From Escherichia phage phi G17: a stretch of 64,000 bases of DNA. This document shows, in pieces, positions 30,276 to 38,481 of the stretch; position 1 is the stretch's first letter; each line of letters begins with the position of its first letter. Below the pieces are notes generated by a model. The model made no database searches, had not been told where the DNA came from, and saw only the letters and a program-made list of their open reading frames with translations. The position numbers and the translations under genes were made by a program. Location of the stretch: sequence record NC_070870.1; one strand, given 5' to 3'.

Positions 30276-31243
30276 GCGAATGCCTTTTGAATTGTTTGAT
30301 TAACTTCTTCAGGGGTAGCGTGATTTGGAATCTCAATCTCGTTAGCCCACGTTGGGTAGAACAAGGACAGTTCCCCACCCAAACCAACTTCTGGATGAGC
30401 AATATCGGGATGGTCTTGCCAGTTAACGGCTTCAACCAAATGCTTGTTCGTGTACTGCAAGGTATCCATGTTGTCACGAATCATGAAGTACTGAGCATCA
30501 TGAATGTGAATACTAGGACGTATATCTAATCTGAACTCACTGGTTCTGACTTTACGCATAAATTCTGAGCCAGCACGGTTATTCAGTAGACACCAGCTTT
30601 GCCCTAAGGCATTGCCAGCAGTTCTACCTTCAGCCTCTGCTTCATATGGAGTCTTACATGTCCCACGTAAAACCTGAGCCAGTAAAGGAGTACGCACTCT
30701 TAAACCAAATGCAGCAGTTACATAACCAGTCTTAGCAGCCTCGTCTAGCTTAGCCTGAACCCAGGCATCACTAACTGTATACATCTCATGGTATCTGGAC
30801 TCGATTAACTTAGCCTTCTCTTCAGAGAAGCCACAGTTTTTCATCAAGCCCATGTAAGTCCCACCGTAGGTCAGTAGGAAAGTGGGTGCTTTTGACTCAC
30901 TACGTAAAGCCTTATACTTTTTCTGTATAGAGTTGATGCCTTCCACAGAGTCATCAATATCCGGCATTTGTTCACCGAAATAAAATTTAGCTCTGAGCGA
31001 ATGCCCGTCGAACCCGTCAGTATAGACGCGCAATTTATTAGGGTCTTTGGTTGTTAGGGCTGATATACGATCCTCTAAGGACGCAAAATCGAGGCCACAG
31101 AACAACCAACCTCCCTCATAGTTAAAGCATTCTGATACTTGTTCCTGCATGCCATATTTACTAGCCAATTGCATTAACTCGTCATAATCATCCAGGGTTA
31201 CTCTATCTTTTATGCTAACTAATTTATTTAATAAGTCCTGCAT
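30272..31243 (-). CDS. Family-A DNA polymerase, C-terminal (palm/fingers) fragment carrying motifs A, B, C
   Basis: LDFASLEDRISA (motif A, compare DYSQIELR), RSESKAPTFLLTYGGTYMGL (motif B, R..K...YG), IHIHDAQYF (motif C HD); track start 31267 is TTG, ATG at 31243. Confidence 0.65.
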   Translation of the reverse strand: MQDLLNKLVSIKDRVTLDDYDELMQLASKYGMQEQVSECFNYEGGWLFCGLDFASLEDRISALTTKDPNKLRVYTDGFDGHSLRAKFYFGEQMPDIDDSVEGINSIQKKYKALRSESKAPTFLLTYGGTYMGLMKNCGFSEEKAKLIESRYHEMYTVSDAWVQAKLDEAAKTGYVTAAFGLRVRTPLLAQVLRGTCKTPYEAEAEGRTAGNALGQSWCLLNNRAGSEFMRKVRTSEFRLDIRPSIHIHDAQYFMIRDNMDTLQYTNKHLVEAVNWQDHPDIAHPEVGLGGELSLFYPTWANEIEIPNHATPEEVNQTIQKAFA

Positions 31244-31880
31244 TACGAAGTACCTTCTCCTGTTCAACCATGTTATTAGCTAATACATAGGTAATAACTG
31301 CATTCATAACAGTATCTAGATCTCTATCTACTAGGATTTCCACTCTCTTACCTAAATGGGTAATTCTACCTACCCATTTATTTTTCGACTTACTGTAACT
31401 AACATAAGGAGTTGTACTCCAAACCCTTTTGTTAGTTTGTTGGGTACTCCTATTTGCCCATCTACAATTGTCTGGAGAGTAGTCTTTGTAGGCGTCAATC
31501 CTGTCAATACTCAGTCCTATTTCATAGCCGGAAGATAATGCCCAATCTCGGAAATTTTCATATGAATTTTTCCACTCATCACAAACATTTATGCCTTTGG
31601 CCCCATATTTGTAATAAGTGGAACATTTTTCATTATGACAGCGGTCTAGCATACCGTAGTAAACCTTGTATAGAGGCTCTTTTGAACGCCCATCCTTGTA
31701 ATTACGAGGGCATTCTTTGTACAAGCAACCACAGCTTCTTGTATGACCACTTTTTAATTTTTGAATATTGACCACAGTGGTATTACCACAGTCACACAGA
31801 CATACCCAATGCTTTGCATAGTATTTGTCTTTGTGGCTGAATCTCACTACGGTCAATCTATTAAATTTCTTTCCAATCAT
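31224..31880 (-). CDS. HNH homing endonuclease inserted between the two DNA polymerase fragments
   Basis: Cys-rich N-terminal region (WVCLCDCGN...SGHTRSCGC) and LSIDRIDAYKDYSPDNCRWA HNH-type motif; ATG at 31880 overlaps stop of upstream polymerase fragment (ATGA). Confidence 0.65.
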   Translation of the reverse strand: MIGKKFNRLTVVRFSHKDKYYAKHWVCLCDCGNTTVVNIQKLKSGHTRSCGCLYKECPRNYKDGRSKEPLYKVYYGMLDRCHNEKCSTYYKYGAKGINVCDEWKNSYENFRDWALSSGYEIGLSIDRIDAYKDYSPDNCRWANRSTQQTNKRVWSTTPYVSYSKSKNKWVGRITHLGKRVEILVDRDLDTVMNAVITYVLANNMVEQEKVLRNAGLIK

Positions 31881-33694
31881 TTGGCACCACCAATTGTATT
31901 TTTCAGGGACTGGATTAATGTATCCAGCTTGTCCCTGTTTGGCAAGTAACAACTGGGTGGGGCTTCGAAGCATTTCTTAATCTTCTTGGCGTATTTAGAA
32001 CCGGATGGAATTGTTTGTAGATTGGGCTCTGAAGCCGATAGCCTACCGGAGACTGTGCCTCCCAGATTGAGGTTGCCGAACAGATAGTGCCAGCCATCCG
32101 GCCCCGGTTGGGCATTCCTGAAAGCTGGTATAAAACTAGTGATAATCTTATCCACGAGTTTATAGTCGATAAGTGCATTGAGCAGTTCCTTAACATCTTC
32201 ACTCTGCGTATGTGTACGCAGTGCTTTAATAGTGTCACCGTCAGTAGCAGGTTGCTTGCTCTTAGTAAGACCAAGAACCGGTAAGCCAATGTAATCAAAT
32301 AACAGTTTCTGTAACTGTGGACCGGAGTTAGGATTAAACTCTATGTCACAATCAGCCAGTGTTACTTGCTTCTTCTTGAGCTTAGCATTCTTATCGTCTA
32401 CCCATTCCTGACGAAGCGTCAGGGTGAAGTTCTTCATGAGCTTAGACTCACGAATAGTTTTCAGAGCCTGGTTCCTGTCAGTTTCCATCTCTTCAGCTAC
32501 TTGGTTAACGGTTTCCATATTCATGGGCATACCGGTTAACTGCATCTGAATAATGTCTTCACAGGCTGGTTTAAAGATGTTGTTGTAAACATCCAGTTGG
32601 TCATCAGCAATGAGAGTATCCCAGTGCTTCTCGTAGGTGTACCACGTACACAAACCATCAATGAGGTTGTAACGTAACAGTTGCTCATTAGGAATAAGAC
32701 AAATGTCTTTAATATCATCCTGAGCATAGTTACCGGCATACTCCTGAGCCTGGTCTTTCAGACTAAGGTGATTACCAGCACAACTGTTAGTAGCCAAGTA
32801 GGTGATTAACTTAGTACAGTCCCAATTACGCAGCATGATTTCCATGCCATGTAGTAAGCCTTCTGTATCAATCAGGTTATCCATGAATAGCTGATAGATA
32901 AGTATGTACACGTCATAGCTAATGTTGTGATACATCTGCCGTTGAGTGTACTTAATGAAGAACTCACGTAACAGGTTACGAACAATATCGTTCCTGTTAA
33001 TGCGCCCATAGGGTGCTTCAGTAGCCCCCTTAATCGGCTCGTAGTCCACATTAAAGGCTATGCCTTGTGTCTTACTCCAACAGAACGTAATCGTTCCTAT
33101 ACCTGCGTTATAGTGCTTTAAACCGAAGGATTCGATGTCTATAGCCAGAGGCTTATTCATCTCAAGCAACTGGTCTAACCAGGCTTTAATCTTTTCGGGT
33201 GTGTCTGGATAGGCTTCAAACTCAATGATTCCCTGCCCAGGTTCAGCATACTGTCCTCGAATGTGGTTAAGTAATGCATCCATACCCTGAGCAATCTTGG
33301 CTCTCACTACAGGTGGGTCATAAAAGACCTGTCTGTAGTTAGGTGTATAGATAACCTTCTGCTTACCCCATACTGAGTCACAAACATAGCCGAGGTTAGC
33401 CTCTGCTTTAGCTTCTTTAGTCAGTATTTTGAAGTAGTCAGAATCGGTACAGATAATGTACTGAGTCTCTGCGTCATCCAGTACTTGTTGCAGTTCCTGC
33501 TGTATGAACTCTTTAATCTCCCTTGCAGGAGTCTTCTTCTTGCCTGGGGCAGAATGAAGTTCAAGGAAGATGAAATCTTCCATGCTTAGGTCATAAGGCA
33601 GCAGGTAGGTTTTAATCATCTCCTCCCTTCGGATTTGATGACCGAGGATAGCAATAGGATACTTACCCGTATCCTGAGAGGTGATGTAACGCAT
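31877..33694 (-). CDS. Family-A DNA polymerase, N-terminal fragment (3'-5' exonuclease-like plus thumb region, 605 aa)
   Basis: LAIDIESFGL (Exo I DxE-like), Y...D motifs; adjacent to the fragment carrying motifs A-C. Confidence 0.6.
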   Translation of the reverse strand: MRYITSQDTGKYPIAILGHQIRREEMIKTYLLPYDLSMEDFIFLELHSAPGKKKTPAREIKEFIQQELQQVLDDAETQYIICTDSDYFKILTKEAKAEANLGYVCDSVWGKQKVIYTPNYRQVFYDPPVVRAKIAQGMDALLNHIRGQYAEPGQGIIEFEAYPDTPEKIKAWLDQLLEMNKPLAIDIESFGLKHYNAGIGTITFCWSKTQGIAFNVDYEPIKGATEAPYGRINRNDIVRNLLREFFIKYTQRQMYHNISYDVYILIYQLFMDNLIDTEGLLHGMEIMLRNWDCTKLITYLATNSCAGNHLSLKDQAQEYAGNYAQDDIKDICLIPNEQLLRYNLIDGLCTWYTYEKHWDTLIADDQLDVYNNIFKPACEDIIQMQLTGMPMNMETVNQVAEEMETDRNQALKTIRESKLMKNFTLTLRQEWVDDKNAKLKKKQVTLADCDIEFNPNSGPQLQKLLFDYIGLPVLGLTKSKQPATDGDTIKALRTHTQSEDVKELLNALIDYKLVDKIITSFIPAFRNAQPGPDGWHYLFGNLNLGGTVSGRLSASEPNLQTIPSGSKYAKKIKKCFEAPPSCYLPNRDKLDTLIQSLKNTIGGAK

Positions 33695-33703
33695 ATCTTT
33701 ACC

Positions 33704-34234
33704 TTAGAAAATCAGATGAGAAGCTGCATAGTACTCAATGGAAGGTAGAATCTTCTCATACTGTTTGATTGCCATAGCATCACCAGCAAGAGTCCAAGCC
33801 GCTTCACGAGTACGCTGTAGCCCTTTGTACTGACCAGTCTGGTCTTGTGCTACCAGACATTCAGGCAGAGCATCACGTACATCCTGATAGGACATACAAC
33901 CACGAACCAGTCGATATACAGTCTGGTTCACAAGATGTACTTCCATAATCAGACGACTGGAGGCTTTCAGATACTTGTCCATTGCAGGCCATAGTTCTGG
34001 ATTAAGCGTCAATCGTTCACCGTAGGTTGGAGGCCTAGTAGCGTTAGAACGCTGATAGAACTCCCCTTGGTAAAGAAATCCAGCCGATACATCTACACCA
34101 TTGATACGGTCGTTCTTATCAATGATACCGTTTAACACACCATCAAGACGAACCAGTTCTGCTAAGAACAGGTGCTTGACTATCTCACTACTATTGGCAA
34201 CCTGACCAATAGTCGTTGAACCAATCTGAGGCAT
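33704..34234 (-). CDS. Hypothetical protein (176 aa)
   Basis: ORF between helicase and polymerase. Confidence 0.45.
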   Translation of the reverse strand: MPQIGSTTIGQVANSSEIVKHLFLAELVRLDGVLNGIIDKNDRINGVDVSAGFLYQGEFYQRSNATRPPTYGERLTLNPELWPAMDKYLKASSRLIMEVHLVNQTVYRLVRGCMSYQDVRDALPECLVAQDQTGQYKGLQRTREAAWTLAGDAMAIKQYEKILPSIEYYAASHLIF

Positions 34235-34244
34235 ATACCCTCCC

Positions 34245-35555
34245 TTAGAAAGTTAGACCACCATACTTACTAGCAAGATTGCCATAGAACACTACACGCT
34301 TACGAGCACGAGACACAGCGACGTAAAGCAGTCGAGCAACCATATCAGGTTGGCGACAGCTTGAGAGGTCATCTGCATCAATGAATATTGTGTCGTAAGT
34401 AGAGCCTTGTGATTTATGAACAGTACATGCATGAGTAGCACGAAGGTCTGGAATGGTTTCTTTAAGACGGAAATATGGTTCCCAGTTCTTCTCTTTACCT
34501 AACCACTTAACCAAACGATTGAAGTAGTCTGGGTCGGTAGGAATTGGGACTTCACTAACAATACCACCATAACCAAGGTCTAGGGTACTATCACGGACTT
34601 CTAGTTCCAGGTCGCCTGTAACTTTAATCATGCGAGTACTACTATCTTGGTCAATGAGTTTTACGTCTTGTTCGATAGACAGACGGTCTTCCACACCTAA
34701 GCGAACGGCTGAGTTAGAGACTAATTGTTCGCCAATGGAGTATTCTCCCACGTAGCCGTTAGCTTCACGAATGTAGTTATTGTAATTGATAACCTGGTCA
34801 TTGGTGTAAGCAACAATACGGCTATTGGTTGGTTGAGTGAAGTGACTGAGAACCAGTTTCTCCATCTCTTCTCCTTGTACCCAGTCAATAATTCCTGGGA
34901 TACATTTAATAGGCAGGAAGCCTGTCTTACCTTCCACCGTATCACGCAATTGCTGGTGCAACGCTTTGAGTTCCGGTGTATCGGTACGCATCTGTTCAGT
35001 CAGATAGTGTGTTGGGATATTGCCTGCATACACTGGAGACTTATTCTCTTTAACAGGTAGAAGCTGAGAAGCATCACCTACGAATACCAGTTTGCACTGG
35101 TGAGTACCTTCACGAGCATACTTAAGTAACTGACGGTCAATCATGGATGCTTCGTCTACGAAGATGATTTTGTTCTTCTTAATGGCGAACGATTTAGAAG
35201 GTACGACGTTAGCCTCACCAGTCTTAAAGTCATTCTTAACAATCAATCCCTGGAAGGAATGATAGGTAGAGGTTGGACGTCCAGTAGCTTGAGCCAGAAC
35301 TTCAGCAGCCTTGTTCGTGGTCGCAGTCATTACGACTTCATTATACAGAGGCTTGGTTCCCATCAGAGAGCAAGTTTCCATATATGCAGGCATAGTGTCA
35401 TCAATGAGGTGCGACATCAGGAATGTCTTACCAGTTCCCCCAGGGCCACTGATTCCAAATTCTGAGGCATTAGGGTCGAGCAGGAAGTCGAAGAACTCCT
35501 TCGCAACCGCTTCTTGCCCCTGGTTCAATGGGGCTTTGGTAGGTTTGGAAAACAT
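34245..35555 (-). CDS. SF1 RecD/Dda-like DNA helicase (436 aa)
   Basis: Walker A GISGPGGTGKTF; C-terminal TVHKSQGSTYD motif typical of RecD-like helicases; GGAG upstream of ATG. Confidence 0.7.
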   Translation of the reverse strand: MFSKPTKAPLNQGQEAVAKEFFDFLLDPNASEFGISGPGGTGKTFLMSHLIDDTMPAYMETCSLMGTKPLYNEVVMTATTNKAAEVLAQATGRPTSTYHSFQGLIVKNDFKTGEANVVPSKSFAIKKNKIIFVDEASMIDRQLLKYAREGTHQCKLVFVGDASQLLPVKENKSPVYAGNIPTHYLTEQMRTDTPELKALHQQLRDTVEGKTGFLPIKCIPGIIDWVQGEEMEKLVLSHFTQPTNSRIVAYTNDQVINYNNYIREANGYVGEYSIGEQLVSNSAVRLGVEDRLSIEQDVKLIDQDSSTRMIKVTGDLELEVRDSTLDLGYGGIVSEVPIPTDPDYFNRLVKWLGKEKNWEPYFRLKETIPDLRATHACTVHKSQGSTYDTIFIDADDLSSCRQPDMVARLLYVAVSRARKRVVFYGNLASKYGGLTF

Positions 35556-35572
35556 TTAAATCTCCAGTAAAA

Positions 35573-35590
35573 AACCCTCCGTAGAGGGTT
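35573..35590 (-). terminator. Possible terminator hairpin AACCCTC-tacg-GAGGGTT + TTTTTAC (minus strand)
   Basis: 7-bp stem, moderate T-run; overlaps stop of upstream ORF. Confidence 0.4.
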
Positions 35591-36050
35591 AGATGTAAGG
35601 TTTTAAATCTGGGGGAGTGTAATCTTTCCCCTTCATGACTTTCTTATTCTCGTTGAAGATAGGTTCCCCATCTTCGAACTTAGAATAGTTTGAGCGATTG
35701 ACTTCAGCCAATGCTCCCGGGACATTCATCCCAAGGAAAGTACCGACGCCTGTTGCTGTAACAATCTGATCAGCAAGGCTATCAAGGATAGCTAAACGAT
35801 GGCTGTTCGGTGCATATACCTCTTTGTCATCTTTTTTCATTAAATCAGACAGTTTAGTTAATGCTGTAATAGCATTATGAAGAGTATTGTAAGCATCTTC
35901 TGAGTTAGAAACTAACTCGTCGAGCATCTCAACTACTTCTTCCAGATGGCAACCAATCTGGGTACTAATATTCTTACTCGTCGGATTCGATACGGCTTTT
36001 AGAAACCATTGCCGTGTGTTTTCCAGCGTACAAACGGATGAACTTGTCAT
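35589..36050 (-). CDS. Hypothetical protein (153 aa; true start may be the internal ATG at 35927)
   Basis: ORF; overlaps upstream gene. Confidence 0.4.
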   Translation of the reverse strand: MTSSSVCTLENTRQWFLKAVSNPTSKNISTQIGCHLEEVVEMLDELVSNSEDAYNTLHNAITALTKLSDLMKKDDKEVYAPNSHRLAILDSLADQIVTATGVGTFLGMNVPGALAEVNRSNYSKFEDGEPIFNENKKVMKGKDYTPPDLKPYI

Positions 36051-36369
36051 GCTCGCTCTCTTGGTTAAGGTGGCGATTATTATATGCCTCCAGAATCAAG
36101 TCCCTTACATATGAGCGAATCTCATAAGCAGGACCAACTTGCTCTGATAGCCAATCTGCCACATGGGTTGGTAATGGTCGGAGTACATTCTCCATGAACG
36201 TCCGACGTGTGTCGGCTGGTTCAATGTTTAAAGAACGCAACCGTAAGGTCACGGTCGTTGGGTGAACACCCAATGTTTTAGCAATGGTTGCCAGAGACAA
36301 TCCAACAGCATTCATTCGAATGATGTCTTCATCAGTAGCCTTACGGTTTACACGATATACATTACTCAT
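35974..36369 (-). CDS. Putative HTH DNA-binding/regulatory protein (131 aa from ATG at 36369)
   Basis: GAGGAAA upstream of ATG; helix-turn-helix-like LSLATIAKTLGVHPTTV. Confidence 0.45.
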   Translation of the reverse strand: MSNVYRVNRKATDEDIIRMNAVGLSLATIAKTLGVHPTTVTLRLRSLNIEPADTRRTFMENVLRPLPTHVADWLSEQVGPAYEIRSYVRDLILEAYNNRHLNQESEHDKFIRLYAGKHTAMVSKSRIESDE

Positions 36370-36431
36370 AGTACATTTCCTCTTCAAATTTACCCTCACT
36401 TTATTACAAGTGAGGGCATTTGAACAGGCTA

Positions 36432-38477
36432 TTACTTAGCAGCTTTGGTCAGCTTGGTAGCTAACTTAGCTTCTTCTTCAGTCAGACCCATTGCAGTGAA
36501 TGACTTCTTAGCAGCACGCTTGTAGTCTTGCAGAGCATGGCCTTTCTGATAGTCGGAGTACGACGTATCGTTCAGGATGCTACGCAGGTTATCAGCGTGT
36601 TTACCAGACGGTGCTACCTTGGTGGCAGTAGCCGAGCGAGAAACCTTAGCTTTCTTCGCTGGTTCAGTCTTTGGTGCAGGTGTACGGGTACTACGAATAG
36701 CAGCAATAGCATCCACAACATCATTGTTAACACCGAAAGCAGCCCAAGGCTTACGAGCTTTACTTCGCAGTTCCACCAGTAGGTCGGCAACAGGCAACGC
36801 ATCTTCCAGTGTAGTTGCAGCTTTGAACTCTTCAACGAGTTCCCGGATTTGTTCTTTCACAGTAGGAGCCTTCTTAATAACAGGTTTAAGGTCAGTAGCC
36901 TTCACTGGTTCGGAAGCTACAGCTTCATTCAGTGACTCTTCCATATTCAGTGCTTCTTTGTTAGCAACAGTACGGAATTGTTCTACGGAACCAGATGAGA
37001 GATTGGTGTATTTGAGGTTAGTTCCACGATGCCCACCAACCATAACAAGTGTGGTAGGTGAACTATGGTTCCCAACGATGACATCATTGAGTAACTTCTT
37101 GCCTACTTCTGTATTAGACAGATAGATACCATTGTTAACGTTATTACGTTCCTCTTCCGGCAGTTCAGCAATAATGTGATACGCAGCTACACGCATCTTA
37201 TTGGTGTTGTATTCAGGAACAGCAAATACATCTTCTGGTGCTACTTTACCGAGGATAGTTACATCACCGCTGAAGGTGCGGATATAGCTCATGGATGCTA
37301 CATGCAGACCATTGGAGCAGTCCTGACGGCGGTCGGGGTCTACCAGGTCTTCGCGTACCTGTACTTTACAGCCTACCCACTGACGGATGTTGCCTGAGTG
37401 ACAGTCAACATATACACGTTTACCATCTTCCGTACCTTTAGACCGAAGGCGTTTCAGGAACAGGATAGAGCCATCATCAGCAATAGGTAGTTCAGCTGTT
37501 TCCATGAACTTCATCAGGTCTTCCACTGAATGCAGACGGTCTTTAATAACCGGAGCCAGACGCTCAAGGAACCTGGTAAAGCCCTTGTAGTCCTTCAGCT
37601 TGGCAGATTGACGCAAGTGACGTTGCAGGTTCTCAACTCCAGGGATAACCCCATCGTTGGTAACAGCAACAACCACTTCATCTTCCTTCACATCAGTGTG
37701 GAAGTTGGCGTCATCGGTACTAATAGCCCCCAATGCAGTTAGCTTCTCAGAAGCAGCAGCCAGTTTATCCTGGTTCGTAACTTTATCCTCTTCTACGTAA
37801 GGTAGAGGGGTTTCCTCACGATTGGTAAATACAATTTGTACGCCTTTGATGTTCCGGGCTTGTTTAGCAAACTCACCCATTTCATCATCAGATACCCCAC
37901 GAATTGCAATAGGCCATTCCTGTGCAAGAATGTTGTTGGTGTGGTAATAACCCCAACCCAGCACATCGTTAATAAAACGAACCAGTGCAGTATGGTTATG
38001 GTCTTTATCCCAGCCGGTAACCCACATCAGATTGTCGCGTTTGTCACGCCAACCCTCTGATACAGTTACTACTGGTTCATTAGCCTGTACAGCCAGGAAG
38101 GTATCCATAGCGTTAGACACTAATGTCTTAGTGGGACTGCCAAGCTTAATATCTGAAACGATACGGGTAGGAGGAGTACCCGTGCCATCTTCGAAGAACT
38201 CTTTAAGTTTAGCTTTAGCTACTTTAAAGAAGCGGACGAACCCATTAGTGCTCTTCTCTGCTTCCAGATATTCAGTACGCAGATCTACTTCTGGTGCAAT
38301 GTTTACTTCTATCAGGTCTTGGGTAGTTCCCAGACCTTTGATTTGTGCTTCAGATACAATACGAGCAACCCGTGGGTCGCTCTGAGGATATACAACTGTG
38401 GAGCCGTCAGGCTTCCACAATGTGAGGTTACGACTGTCAACTGCCAGTGCGATGATAGAAATCAGCTCGATTTTCAT
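36432..38477 (-). CDS. rIIB: rIIB-like protein (681 aa)
   Basis: Large protein immediately downstream of GHKL-ATPase (rIIA-like) gene; K/A-rich C-terminus; assignment by gene order. Confidence 0.4.
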   Translation of the reverse strand: MKIELISIIALAVDSRNLTLWKPDGSTVVYPQSDPRVARIVSEAQIKGLGTTQDLIEVNIAPEVDLRTEYLEAEKSTNGFVRFFKVAKAKLKEFFEDGTGTPPTRIVSDIKLGSPTKTLVSNAMDTFLAVQANEPVVTVSEGWRDKRDNLMWVTGWDKDHNHTALVRFINDVLGWGYYHTNNILAQEWPIAIRGVSDDEMGEFAKQARNIKGVQIVFTNREETPLPYVEEDKVTNQDKLAAASEKLTALGAISTDDANFHTDVKEDEVVVAVTNDGVIPGVENLQRHLRQSAKLKDYKGFTRFLERLAPVIKDRLHSVEDLMKFMETAELPIADDGSILFLKRLRSKGTEDGKRVYVDCHSGNIRQWVGCKVQVREDLVDPDRRQDCSNGLHVASMSYIRTFSGDVTILGKVAPEDVFAVPEYNTNKMRVAAYHIIAELPEEERNNVNNGIYLSNTEVGKKLLNDVIVGNHSSPTTLVMVGGHRGTNLKYTNLSSGSVEQFRTVANKEALNMEESLNEAVASEPVKATDLKPVIKKAPTVKEQIRELVEEFKAATTLEDALPVADLLVELRSKARKPWAAFGVNNDVVDAIAAIRSTRTPAPKTEPAKKAKVSRSATATKVAPSGKHADNLRSILNDTSYSDYQKGHALQDYKRAAKKSFTAMGLTEEEAKLATKLTKAAK

Positions 38478-38481
38478 CAGA

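Noticed and set aside
36577-37125. 182-aa plus-strand ORF with an Ala/Ser-rich translation inside the rIIB-like gene
   Set aside because: Antisense to a long minus-strand gene in a uniformly minus-strand module; composition typical of antisense frames.
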